Positions 1 to 8,625 are shown, counted from the first letter of the stretch. The stretch is DNA of 25,624 nt from Alphaproteobacteria bacterium (GCA_965261975.1 CBDHEC010000035.1:1-25624), one strand, 5' to 3'. Notes: generated by a model not told the origin, from the sequence alone. Translations and numbers: made by a program.

Positions 1-1116
1 CATCACCGCGAGGCGGCGTTCCAGAAGTTCTTCGACGCTGCCGTTGCGCACCTCCGCGAAAGGTTCGAGCGCCCGATTGAGATAGAAGGCATTGCCGATC
101 AGAGGTTGATCCAGCTGGGCGGTATCGCCCGACACGATGCCGACCGGGCGCCGACGAAGGCTTTCGTCGAACAGCATCACCGCGCCGGCATGGCGCGCGC
201 CTTCGATGGCGATCCGCGCGATACGGTTGCGCAATTCGCTGGGCATCGCCAACGGCACATCGGCGATCTTCGCCCCGTCATCGAAGGTGAAGGACGCGCG
301 GCCCAACAATCGGCCACCCTCGTCGCTGGCAATGAGGGCGGCGGCACGCGGGCCGTCCGCGTCCAGCCGCTCGACCCGAACACGGATACCGTCGGGGCTG
401 CTTTCGGTGCCCGAGACAATCAGCGGCTGGTTGGCCGGTGCGGGATGTACGTAGCGCAACGAGCCGAGGCGTTGCAGCGCCAGTTCAAGTGATCTGGCGG
501 TGCCGTCCGCACCCACATTTTCGGGCGCATCCAGTCCGCTCGACAGCCAGATGGCGGCCGCCGGGCGGGATAGTTCCAGCGCTTCGATCTGCGCGAGCAC
601 CTTCGCATAGTCCGCGACCCAGGGGTGGGGAGCAATCGAGCGGATCTGGTCCCGGGCCTCCGCCGGCGACATGGGCCTCAGAACGTCTTCGGTGCGCGCG
701 GCAGAAGGCGCGGTCGTTGCGATATAGATGCTGCGGTTGTCGCGGGCGGCTTCGTCGATCAGGGCGGTCGCCGTGGCCTGGCGTTCGCCCCAGTTGGCAC
801 CCCCGGTCCAGCCGTTGTCGATGACCATCACCAGCGGGCCGTTGCCGCGCAGGATGCGTCCCGGATCGATGATCGGGTGGGCCAGCGCCAGGATGATCAG
901 GGCGGCCAGAAGCAATCGCAGCGCGAGCAGCCACCAGGGCGTTCGATGGGGTGTTTCTTCATGCTGCGGGAGCCCGAACAACAGCCGGATCGCGGGGAAT
1001 GCAACGCGGACAGGCGCGGGCGGGACGGCGCGCAGCAGCCACCACAGGACCGGCAAGGCGGCCAGTGCCAGCAGCAGCCAGGGAACGGCAAAGGACAGGG
1101 CGCCGATGCTCAACAT
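1..1116 (-). CDS. BatA (N-terminal double-transmembrane) / vWA-like large membrane protein of the MoxR-DUF58 cluster (often annotated DUF4159-containing); runs off the left edge
   Basis: Not in the ORF track because it has no stop in the window. Hand translation from ATG at 1116: MLSIGALSFAVPWLLLALAALPVLWWLLRAVPPAPVRVAFPAIRLL...TPWWLLALRLLLAALIILALAHP (BatA signature), then VMVIDNGW (degenerate vWA MIDAS). Starts 6 bp after the DUF58 stop. Confidence 0.88.
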   Translation of the reverse strand, partial: MLSIGALSFAVPWLLLALAALPVLWWLLRAVPPAPVRVAFPAIRLLFGLPQHEETPHRTPWWLLALRLLLAALIILALAHPIIDPGRILRGNGPLVMVIDNGWTGGANWGERQATATALIDEAARDNRSIYIATTAPSAARTEDVLRPMSPAEARDQIRSIAPHPWVADYAKVLAQIEALELSRPAAAIWLSSGLDAPENVGADGTARSLELALQRLGSLRYVHPAPANQPLIVSGTESSPDGIRVRVERLDADGPRAAALIASDEGGRLLGRASFTFDDGAKIADVPLAMPSELRNRIARIAIEGARHAGAVMLFDESLRRRPVGIVSGDTAQLDQPLIGNAFYLNRALEPFAEVRNGSVEELLERRLAVM

Positions 1117-1122
1117 CTACGT

Positions 1123-2019
1123 TCAGGCCCCCGCCCGGGTTTCGGTCATGGCCATGAACATAGCGAGCAGGGCGGGTTCTGGCGCGGTGTCCGTCGTGTG
1201 TACCGCGTAGGACCATCCGGCCCGTTGCGCGAAGGTGGTCAATGCGGACTGCAGCGAACCGAGGCGCTCCATGTATCCCGCATGCAGGGACTCGGCTCGG
1301 CCGACGAGCAATTCTCCCTCGCTCTCCAGCCCGCGGAACCGGGTCCGGCCCCGGAACGGCAAATGCGCCTCGCTGGGGTCGAGCACCTGCAGCAGATGGC
1401 CGCGCACCCCGCGTGCGGCCATGTCGCGGAGGAATGTGAGCAGGGTTTCTTCCTCGACCATGAAGTCGCTGATCAATGTCACGGTGCCATAGCGGGGCAG
1501 TGCCGGGACCGGCGGCAACTCGTAGGTCTCGGGCTCTTGCGCCATGGCGTGCATCACCGTCATCGCGATGCGGTCGAGGGCAGCACGACCTGTCGAGGGG
1601 GCATCGGGCTGGTCGAGCAAGGCGATCCGCTCGCCCCCGCGCGTCAGCAATGACGCCAGCGCCAGGGACAGGACCGCGGCACGGGCCTGTTTCTCCGGCA
1701 GACTGTTGTCGGAGCTGTAACGCATCGAGGCGGTGAGGTCGGGCCAGAGCCATACGCTTTGCGCGGCTTCCCATTCCGTTTGCCGGACAAAAAGACGATC
1801 CGAGCGCGCCGAGCGTCGCCAGTCGATATCGCGCGGGCTGTCGCCGAACGCGAACTGCCGGTATTGCCAGAAGGTCTCGCCCTGTCCGACCCGGCGGCGG
1901 CCATGCACGCCCTGCGCGACGGTTGACGCGACCCGGTCCGCTGCCACAAGCAGAGGCGGAAACGCCGAGGCGATCTCTTCGGCAATACGGCGTGTTGCGG
2001 GCTCGTTCGTGGATGCCAT
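1123..2019 (-). CDS. DUF58 domain protein (vWA-like MoxR partner)
   Basis: GVHGRRRVGQGETFWQYRQF..GD..RDIDWRRSARSD..FVRQTEWE, DLTASM and LISDF motifs; directly downstream of MoxR. Confidence 0.93.
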   Translation of the reverse strand: MASTNEPATRRIAEEIASAFPPLLVAADRVASTVAQGVHGRRRVGQGETFWQYRQFAFGDSPRDIDWRRSARSDRLFVRQTEWEAAQSVWLWPDLTASMRYSSDNSLPEKQARAAVLSLALASLLTRGGERIALLDQPDAPSTGRAALDRIAMTVMHAMAQEPETYELPPVPALPRYGTVTLISDFMVEEETLLTFLRDMAARGVRGHLLQVLDPSEAHLPFRGRTRFRGLESEGELLVGRAESLHAGYMERLGSLQSALTTFAQRAGWSYAVHTTDTAPEPALLAMFMAMTETRAGA

Positions 2020-2029
2020 TCGTTGCCGT

Positions 2030-3049
2030 CTATTTGAACGGGCTGCAGAGGCTGTCGATCACATCTTCCAGCGTGCGGCCTTCCGCGCGTGCCGCGAAGT
2101 TCAGTGCCATGCGATGGCGCAAGACCGCCGGTGCCAATGCCACGACGTCATCGATCGAGGGCGAGATGCGTCCCTGCAGCAGCGCGCGGGCACGCGTCGC
2201 GAGCATCAGTGCCTGGCTGGCGCGGGGGCCGGGTCCCCAGGCCACCCATTGGGCAACCTCTTCGCGGTCCGATGTGTCGGGCCGCCCGGACCGCACGAGG
2301 GCGAGGATGGCATCCACCACGCTTTCGCCGACGGGCAGGCGGCGAACCAGCTGCTGCGCCGCCAACAGCTGGGCGGCGTCCATCACTTGTGTCGGCGACC
2401 GATCTTCCAGGCCGGTGGTCACGAGCAGCATCTGCCGTTCGGCCTCGGGGTCGGGATAACCGATATTGACCTGCAGCAGGAAGCGGTCGAGCTGAGCCTC
2501 GGGCAGGGGGTATGTCCCTTCCTGCTCGATAGGGTTCTGGGTGGCCAGCACATGGAACGGGCTCGGCAGTGGGTGGTTGTGACCGGCGACCGAGACCTCG
2601 CGTTCCTGCATGGCCTGCAACAACGCGGACTGGGTGCGCGGGCTGGCGCGGTTGATCTCGTCCGCCATCAGCATCTGGGTGAACACCGGGCCGGGGATGA
2701 AGCGGAAGCTCCGGCCGTCCTCGGTCTCGTCGAGAATCTCCGAGCCGATGATGTCGGCCGGCATCAGGTCAGGCGTGCATTGCACCCGGCGGTTGTCGAG
2801 GCCGAGCACCGTGCCCAGGGTTTCGACCAGCCGGGTCTTCGCGAGGCCGGGCACGCCGAGCAGCAACAGATGGCCGCCCGCGAGCAGGGTGATGATCGTC
2901 TCGTCGATCACCTCCTCCTGACCGAAGATCACGCGGCCAATGCCCGTGCGCACGGCCGAGAGTTGTTCGCTTACGCGCTCGATATCTGCGAAAATTGAAT
3001 CCGTGACCGGAAGATCGAGTTCCGAGCGCACGACATCATCTGTGGGCAT
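2030..3049 (-). CDS. moxR: MoxR family AAA+ ATPase
   Basis: Walker A GVPGLAKT, QCTPDLMPADIIG, Walker B LMADEINRASPRTQSALLQAMQE, ATQNPIEQEGTYPLPEAQLDRF. Start moved to ATG 3049 (AGGAG SD upstream); the ORF-track start at 3154 would overlap the divergent gene. Confidence 0.95.
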   Translation of the reverse strand: MPTDDVVRSELDLPVTDSIFADIERVSEQLSAVRTGIGRVIFGQEEVIDETIITLLAGGHLLLLGVPGLAKTRLVETLGTVLGLDNRRVQCTPDLMPADIIGSEILDETEDGRSFRFIPGPVFTQMLMADEINRASPRTQSALLQAMQEREVSVAGHNHPLPSPFHVLATQNPIEQEGTYPLPEAQLDRFLLQVNIGYPDPEAERQMLLVTTGLEDRSPTQVMDAAQLLAAQQLVRRLPVGESVVDAILALVRSGRPDTSDREEVAQWVAWGPGPRASQALMLATRARALLQGRISPSIDDVVALAPAVLRHRMALNFAARAEGRTLEDVIDSLCSPFK

Positions 3050-3084
3050 GACCTTGCTCCTGCGAATGCTACTGTGACCGAACC

Positions 3085-3657
3085 ATGGGCTCCGACACCA
3101 ACAATCCCCAAGGCCTTTTTGAACGGATCGGCAAAAACCGTTCCGAAGGCCCAACCCGGCGCGAACCGATCGATTGCGGTCACTTCGACATGCGCATCGG
3201 GCGCGACGGGACTTGGTATTATCGCGGCTCCCCGATAGGGCGTAAACCGCTGGTCACTTTGTTTTCATCGGTGCTTAAACGCGACGCCGACGGCCAATAC
3301 TGGCTGGAAACACCGGTCGAGCGCGGCCGTATCGACGTGGATGATGCGCCATTTACGGCGGTGGAGATGGACGTGACCGGACAGGGCCGCGACCAGATGC
3401 TCATATTCCGCACCAATCTTGACGAAATGGTGACAGCGGGGACAAAAAATCCACTCCGCATCGCGTTCGACGAATCGACCGGCGAGCCCTCACCTTACTT
3501 GCATGTGCGTGACGGGCTCGAGGCGTTGTTGACGCGCGCGGTCTATTACCAGCTCGCCGAACTCGCGGTGGCGGACCCGGAAAAAGGATTGTTTGGCGTG
3601 TGGAGTGACGGGATGTTTTTTGCGCTGGAATCGGCTGCGGGGTCGGCAGGGACATGA
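3085..3657 (+). CDS. DUF1285 domain protein
   Basis: CGHFDMRIGRDGTWYYRGSPIGRKPLVTLFSSVL...TPVERGRIDVDDAPF...FRTNLDE...PYLHVRDGLEALLTRAVYYQL; the usual position of this family is between moxR and nudL. Confidence 0.9.
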   Translation: MGSDTNNPQGLFERIGKNRSEGPTRREPIDCGHFDMRIGRDGTWYYRGSPIGRKPLVTLFSSVLKRDADGQYWLETPVERGRIDVDDAPFTAVEMDVTGQGRDQMLIFRTNLDEMVTAGTKNPLRIAFDESTGEPSPYLHVRDGLEALLTRAVYYQLAELAVADPEKGLFGVWSDGMFFALESAAGSAGT

Positions 3658-4364
3658 CCGGGATATCGGCCGACCGCGAGGGGATCGCCGCGCGTATCCT
3701 CGCTGCCCAGTCACATCTCGATGTCCGGCGCAGCAGCGGGGCGGCCGTCAGCCAGATGCTGCATGACGATTCCGATGCCGCCCCCGATGAGGTGCCGCCC
3801 AACCGGCGCGGCGATCATGACCTGAACGAAATCGGCATGCGACCCAATCCGCCGCTCATCCCCGCCGCGGTCCTGGTGCCGCTGCTCGATCACGGCGACC
3901 GGATCACGGTCCTGCTCACCCAGCGCGCTGCGGACCTGCGTGCCCATGCCGGGCAGATCAGCTTTCCGGGCGGCCGAATCGACCCCGATGATGCCCATCC
4001 CGAGGCCGCGGCCCTGCGCGAGGCCGAAGAGGAAGTCGGCCTGCCGCCCAAATCAGTCGAGCTCGTCGGCCGGCTGGACACCTATGAAGTGCGCACGGGC
4101 TTCGAGATCACACCCGTGGTCGGTTTCGTCGAGCCCGGCTTCGATGTGGTGTGCGACCCGGGCGAGGTTGCCGATGTTTTCGAGGTACCGTTGTCCTTCA
4201 TCCTCGACCCGACCAATCATGAACGTCAGAGCCGGGTATTCCAGGGCAAGCGGCGTTACTTCTATGTTCTGCCCTTTGAGGACAGATACATCTGGGGCGC
4301 GACCGCGGGCATGCTGGTCAACCTGTTCGAGGTCCTGACCGGTCAAGCCGCGCGCTGGCGCTAG
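3654..4364 (+). CDS. nudL: CoA pyrophosphatase (Nudix, NudL/PCD1 type)
   Basis: LLTQRAADLRAHAGQISFPGG CoA motif, Nudix box ...AALREAEEEVG, C-terminal IWGATAGML; ATGA overlap with the DUF1285 stop. Confidence 0.92.
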   Translation: MTGISADREGIAARILAAQSHLDVRRSSGAAVSQMLHDDSDAAPDEVPPNRRGDHDLNEIGMRPNPPLIPAAVLVPLLDHGDRITVLLTQRAADLRAHAGQISFPGGRIDPDDAHPEAAALREAEEEVGLPPKSVELVGRLDTYEVRTGFEITPVVGFVEPGFDVVCDPGEVADVFEVPLSFILDPTNHERQSRVFQGKRRYFYVLPFEDRYIWGATAGMLVNLFEVLTGQAARWR

Positions 4365-4377
4365 GCGGGTCGCCGCG

Positions 4378-5697
4378 ATGACACCGACCCGGACAATTCC
4401 GCAGCAGCCGTGGATGGTCGACCGTGATTTGCAGGCCGTGTTTGCGGTCCTGCAGGCGGAAGGCGATCCTGTGCCCGCCATTCTTTGTGTCGGCGGCTGT
4501 GTGCGCGATGTCTTGATGGACCGGCCGGTGGTCGATGTCGATCTGGCGACCATCCACCCGCCCGACGTCACATTGGCGCGGCTCAAGGCGGCGGATATCG
4601 ATGTGCTAGAAATCGGCATCGAGCACGGCACGGTCGTCGCCCGGTTCGGGGGTAAGCTGTTCCAGATCACCACGCTGCGGGTCGATGTGGAGACCGATGG
4701 CCGCCACGCAACGGTCGCCTACACCGACGACTGGGCGGCCGACGCGTCGCGGCGCGACTTCACCATGAATGCTCTCTATGCCGATCTCGACGGCAATGTC
4801 TTCGACCCGCTGGGCGGCATGCCGGACATGGAGGCGCGGCGGGTGCGGTTCATTGGTGACGCGAGCGCACGCATCGAAGAGGACGCGCTGCGAATTCTCC
4901 GTTTCTTCCGTTTCCACGCCCAGTTCGATTCCTCTGCGTTCGATCCCGATGGCCTCGCGGCCTGCCACTCTCATTTCGGTATGCTCGAGAATCTGTCGGG
5001 TGAGCGGATCCGCGACGATCTGTTCAAAATTCTTCTGGCGCCCGCAACCGGCTGGATGCTGAGCAACATCGATTACGTCGAGCTCTTCGAGGTCGTGTTG
5101 CCGCAGGCCAACCAGGTGGATCACGCATATGGATTATCTTTCTTGGCGGATTTCGAAAATGAGTACGCCAGCCCTGATCCGTTGCGTCGGCTCGGCGTAC
5201 TGATCGGGAATGACGGCGACGTGGCTGCCCTTGCGGGGCGATTGCGTCTCTCGAACAAAGAGGTTTCTCGCCTCGAGAAGATGGTGGCAATCCCGCCCGG
5301 CATGACACCGAAGCTGAGGCCGCACACGCGAAAACTCCGCCTGTATGCACTTGGCGCCGACGCGTGGCGGGATGCGGTATTACTGAGTTGGTCTCAGGAA
5401 AAGCACCATTGGCTCGATGCGAGCGACGACGGCATCGTTAATGAAACGGCACCAGACGATGCGTGGGTTACATTGCTGCGATTTCCCGATCTGTGGCCGG
5501 TGCCGACGTTTCCGCTGCAGGGGTCGGATGTGCTCGCGCTCGGCGTGTCGCAAGGCCCGGAGGTCGGCCAGCATCTCGCGGCAGTCGAAAACTGGTGGAT
5601 GATTCGTGACTTCAAGCCGGATCGTGCGGCTTGCACTGCAAAGTTGAGGCGACGCCTTTGGTGGGTCGGGTTGCGGAGACGGGTGGGCCTCGGCTAG
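4378..5697 (+). CDS. cca: Class II tRNA nucleotidyltransferase (CCA-adding enzyme, alphaproteobacterial type)
   Basis: VGGCVRD..DVDLAT, loop TLRVDVETDGRHATV, RRDFTMNAL, RIEEDALRILRFFRF (EDxxR), LSGERI, C-terminal FPLQGSDVLALG..GP. Confidence 0.9.
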   Translation: MTPTRTIPQQPWMVDRDLQAVFAVLQAEGDPVPAILCVGGCVRDVLMDRPVVDVDLATIHPPDVTLARLKAADIDVLEIGIEHGTVVARFGGKLFQITTLRVDVETDGRHATVAYTDDWAADASRRDFTMNALYADLDGNVFDPLGGMPDMEARRVRFIGDASARIEEDALRILRFFRFHAQFDSSAFDPDGLAACHSHFGMLENLSGERIRDDLFKILLAPATGWMLSNIDYVELFEVVLPQANQVDHAYGLSFLADFENEYASPDPLRRLGVLIGNDGDVAALAGRLRLSNKEVSRLEKMVAIPPGMTPKLRPHTRKLRLYALGADAWRDAVLLSWSQEKHHWLDASDDGIVNETAPDDAWVTLLRFPDLWPVPTFPLQGSDVLALGVSQGPEVGQHLAAVENWWMIRDFKPDRAACTAKLRRRLWWVGLRRRVGLG

Positions 5698-5703
5698 TCG
5701 GCC

Positions 5704-6288
5704 CTACTTCGTCCGCACCAGTTCGCCGGACACGCGGACCTTCACGTCTTCATCCTGCAGGCGTATGAACGAAATCGACATACCCTTTTTGGTCAGCGTT
5801 CGCCGATAGACCTGCAATTCCGTGCCACCATGTTCGTTGATCGCCAGCGAGTAGACGATCATCGCATTGCCTTCGATGGCCGCCCAGCGCACCGCGTCCC
5901 CTTCCAGGGGATTGGGCAGTTCGGATTTGTGGAACAGGCCGCCGTCGGGCGACAGGATAAAGACATTCTCCTTGTCCTCGACCGGGACGAAGTTCTCCTC
6001 GACCTCGCGCCGCTTGACGTCGGCGCCGGTGCGCCCGCCATTCTCGTCGCGGATGACGGTGATCCATTTCAGTGTGAAGCCTTCATTCTTGTAACGCTCG
6101 ACCGTCACATCGAGGTCTCGGGTCTCCCGGCGATCGGTGCCCAGGATCACGGCGCTGCCCGCGCCGACATAGTTGCCGAAAAATTTCTCGACCACATTAT
6201 CCGCATGGGCGCTGGCGGACAGGACCACGCCGGCGGCGAGGAACGCGCTCGCTGCGAGCAAATTTCGGGTGGCGTGGAGGAACTTCAT
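5704..6288 (-). CDS. Secreted hypothetical protein, beta-strand rich (paralog A)
   Basis: 194 aa with a Sec-type signal ending SASAHA|DN and GC-typical codons; aligns by eye with 6319..6879. Confidence 0.82.
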   Translation of the reverse strand: MKFLHATRNLLAASAFLAAGVVLSASAHADNVVEKFFGNYVGAGSAVILGTDRRETRDLDVTVERYKNEGFTLKWITVIRDENGGRTGADVKRREVEENFVPVEDKENVFILSPDGGLFHKSELPNPLEGDAVRWAAIEGNAMIVYSLAINEHGGTELQVYRRTLTKKGMSISFIRLQDEDVKVRVSGELVRTK

Positions 6289-6318
6289 GCGGTTTGTCCG
6301 TCGGTCAGGAGTGCGGGC

Positions 6319-6879
6319 CTAGTTCCCGACCTTGACCAGCCGGGCATCGACCTCGCGTTGCGGTTCGCCGTCGGCGATATTGATGAACTTGAGGCGCATG
6401 CCCGTGCCTTCAAGCGTTCGATTGTAGGTTTGGATCACATATCCTCCCGCCGCAGTGATCTGCATCACATGTACGGACAGGGTTTGATCGTGAACCTGGG
6501 CCCAGGCGAGGCCGTCACCGCGCGGATTGTCCCGGCCGGTCGCGTTGAACACATTCGCGTCGGCGCTGGGTACGAAGTCCATGCGCTGGGTGCGTCGGCG
6601 GATATCGGGGTTGTTGGGGTCGCCGCCGCCACGGATGACGCTCGTCCATTCCACATAAAAGCCCGCACCTTCGGCACCAATCTTGACGTCGAGGTCCCGG
6701 ACGGTGACGCCGAAATATAGTGAGTCGCTGTTCTCGGCCACGCCGGAACCCTGGTAATGCCCATAGAACGCCTTGACCGGCAGGGCCTGTGCGACGGCTG
6801 CGGGGGCGAGGAGCCAGCTCGCGGTGAACAGCATGGCTGCGGCGAGCAACGTGGTCAGACAACGTGAAATGCGGGTCAT
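6319..6879 (-). CDS. Secreted hypothetical protein, beta-strand rich (paralog B)
   Basis: 186 aa with a signal peptide ending PAAVA|QA and a GGAGAG SD upstream; aligns with 5704..6288. Confidence 0.82.
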   Translation of the reverse strand: MTRISRCLTTLLAAAMLFTASWLLAPAAVAQALPVKAFYGHYQGSGVAENSDSLYFGVTVRDLDVKIGAEGAGFYVEWTSVIRGGGDPNNPDIRRRTQRMDFVPSADANVFNATGRDNPRGDGLAWAQVHDQTLSVHVMQITAAGGYVIQTYNRTLEGTGMRLKFINIADGEPQREVDARLVKVGN

Positions 6880-6939
6880 GTTCTCTCCAATTCGGCGCCG
6901 GCGCCGGTCGAGAGGACCGGGCTGGATATATCTATGCTG

Positions 6940-6968
6940 AAACTAGCCCAGGCCGGGCGACTTAGGAA
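6940..6968 (-). promoter_or_regulatory. Candidate sigma70 promoter for the paralog pair
   Basis: Minus strand TTCCTA-17 nt-TAGTTT, about 60 bp upstream of ATG 6879; imperfect match. Confidence 0.25.
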
Positions 6969-7000
6969 CTCCGCGTGACGTGAATTTCGCCGAATAACAT

Positions 7001-7861
7001 TCAAGGCCAGGTGACCACCGGCGGGAGGGACATCAGGATCGCCTCCACATTGCCGCCGGTCTTGAGGCCGAACTGGGTGCCCCGGTCGTAGAGAAGGTTG
7101 AACTCGACATAACGCCCGCGCCGCTGCAGCTGGTGGGCGCGCTGATCCTCGGTCCAGCTTTCATTCATGTGGCGCCGCACGATGCGCGGGTAAACATCGA
7201 GAAACGCCTTGCCCACGTCCTGGGTGAACGCGAAATCCGCCTCCCAGTCGCCGGTGTCGACATAGTCGTAGAAGATGCCGCCGACCCCGCGCGGCTCGTC
7301 GCGGTGCTTGAGGTGGAAATACTCGTCGCACCACGCCTTGAACTTGGGGTGGTAATCCGGGTCGTGCGCGTCACACGCCGCCTGCATGCTGGCATGGAAG
7401 AGGGCCGTGTCGTCGTCATCGGGATACATCGGCGTCAGGTCCGCTCCGCCCCCGAACCAGCTGTTCGACGTCGCGATATGGCGTGTGTTCATGTGCACGG
7501 CGGGCACCAGGGGCGATTGCATATGGGCCACGAGCGAGACGCCCGAGGCCCAAAAACGACCGTCTTCCGCCGCACCGGGAATATTCTTGCGGAATTCTTC
7601 CGAGAAGACGCCCTCGACGGTGGAGATGTTTACGCCCACCTTCTCGAACACCCGGCCACGCATGATCGACATCACGCCGCCGCCGCCCGGCGCGCCGTCC
7701 TGGCCGGGTCGATCCCAGCTCGACCGTTCGAAACGGCCGGCCGGGCGGTCAGCCATCGGACCCTCCAGGTCATCCTCAATCGCCTCGAATGCGGCGCAGA
7801 TATCATCGCGTAACTGCGCGAACCATGTCGCGGCCCGCGTTTTGTGATCCTCGTTTGTCAT
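7001..7861 (-). CDS. hemF: Oxygen-dependent coproporphyrinogen III oxidase
   Basis: [84 protein letters not shown] 7861 follows an AAGGTG SD; GTG 7870 is an alternative start. Confidence 0.96.
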   Translation of the reverse strand: MTNEDHKTRAATWFAQLRDDICAAFEAIEDDLEGPMADRPAGRFERSSWDRPGQDGAPGGGGVMSIMRGRVFEKVGVNISTVEGVFSEEFRKNIPGAAEDGRFWASGVSLVAHMQSPLVPAVHMNTRHIATSNSWFGGGADLTPMYPDDDDTALFHASMQAACDAHDPDYHPKFKAWCDEYFHLKHRDEPRGVGGIFYDYVDTGDWEADFAFTQDVGKAFLDVYPRIVRRHMNESWTEDQRAHQLQRRGRYVEFNLLYDRGTQFGLKTGGNVEAILMSLPPVVTWP

Positions 7862-7879
7862 CGGCTGCACACCTTGTTT

Positions 7880-8335
7880 TTAACCGGGAAACCCGTCCTG
7901 TTGCCGCAACGCCTCGCCAAGCACGAGCGCCAGGGCCGTGACGACGTTCAGTGACCTTGAGGCCGGCTGCATGGGCACCCGCAACTGGGCGTCGGCCCTT
8001 GCGTGCACGGTTTGCGGCACCCCGTCGCTTTCACGTCCGACCAGCAGCGTATCGTCGGGGCGGTAGTCAAAGTCAATGTGCCGTTCTGTCGCCTTCGTGC
8101 TCAACAGGATCAGCCTTTGCGGGGGAACAACATCCGCCTCGAAGGCGTCCCAGGAGAGGTGCCGTGTCAGATCCACCTGTTCCAGGTAGTCCATTCCCGC
8201 GCGTCGCACACCGTGATTGCTGAGCACGAATCCAGCCGGTTCGATCAGGTCGACCGGGATGTTCAGGCATGCGGCCAGTCGAAGGATGGCGCCTGCATTC
8301 TGGGGAATGTCGGGCTGGTAAAGGGCGATACGCAC
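7880..8335 (-). CDS. trmL: tRNA (cytidine/uridine(34)-2'-O)-methyltransferase, SPOUT family
   Basis: IALYQPDIPQNAGAILR..A, LIEPAGF, RRAGMDY, GRESDGVP, PM...RSLNV. Start placed at GTG 8335 (GGAG 9 nt upstream). Confidence 0.93.
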   Translation of the reverse strand: MRIALYQPDIPQNAGAILRLAACLNIPVDLIEPAGFVLSNHGVRRAGMDYLEQVDLTRHLSWDAFEADVVPPQRLILLSTKATERHIDFDYRPDDTLLVGRESDGVPQTVHARADAQLRVPMQPASRSLNVVTALALVLGEALRQQDGFPG

Positions 8336-8518
8336 GGTGGTGATCTCCGGTGCCGGGGTTGGTTCCGGCAAAACGTTGTGGAGAGGCGTTCAAGGCGGGC
8401 TTGGCAAACGCTTTGGACTTCGATTATATCCGGACGAAGTGTAAGGAACACATGGTACCAGGGGGGCATTCTGGTCACAGCGTGGAGGCGAATCGCGACG
8501 CGGCGGACATATTCTGTT

Positions 8519-8563
8519 GCGGCACGGTGTCACATTGCTGGTAATCGGAAAATCTCGTACCCA
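8519..8563 (+). promoter_or_regulatory. Candidate RegA/PrrA/RegR box plus sigma70 promoter of petABC
   Basis: GCGGC-ACGGT-GTCAC (8519-8533) resembles the GCGGC-N5-GTCGC RegA/RegR consensus and abuts TTGCTG-17 nt-TACCCA (8535-8563). Confidence 0.45.
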
Positions 8564-8625
8564 AAGGCCATGTGCACAACAGGTCTCAAGGCGGACGCAG
8601 ACCGCCGAACCAAGGACATTTGCTC

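Noticed and set aside
625-2998. Long plus-strand ORFs 625..1653 and 1733..2998
   Set aside because: Antisense shadows of the BatA, DUF58 and MoxR genes.
8336-8625. FNR/FixK box before petABC or trmL-hemF
   Set aside because: No TTGAT-N4-ATCAA match found.
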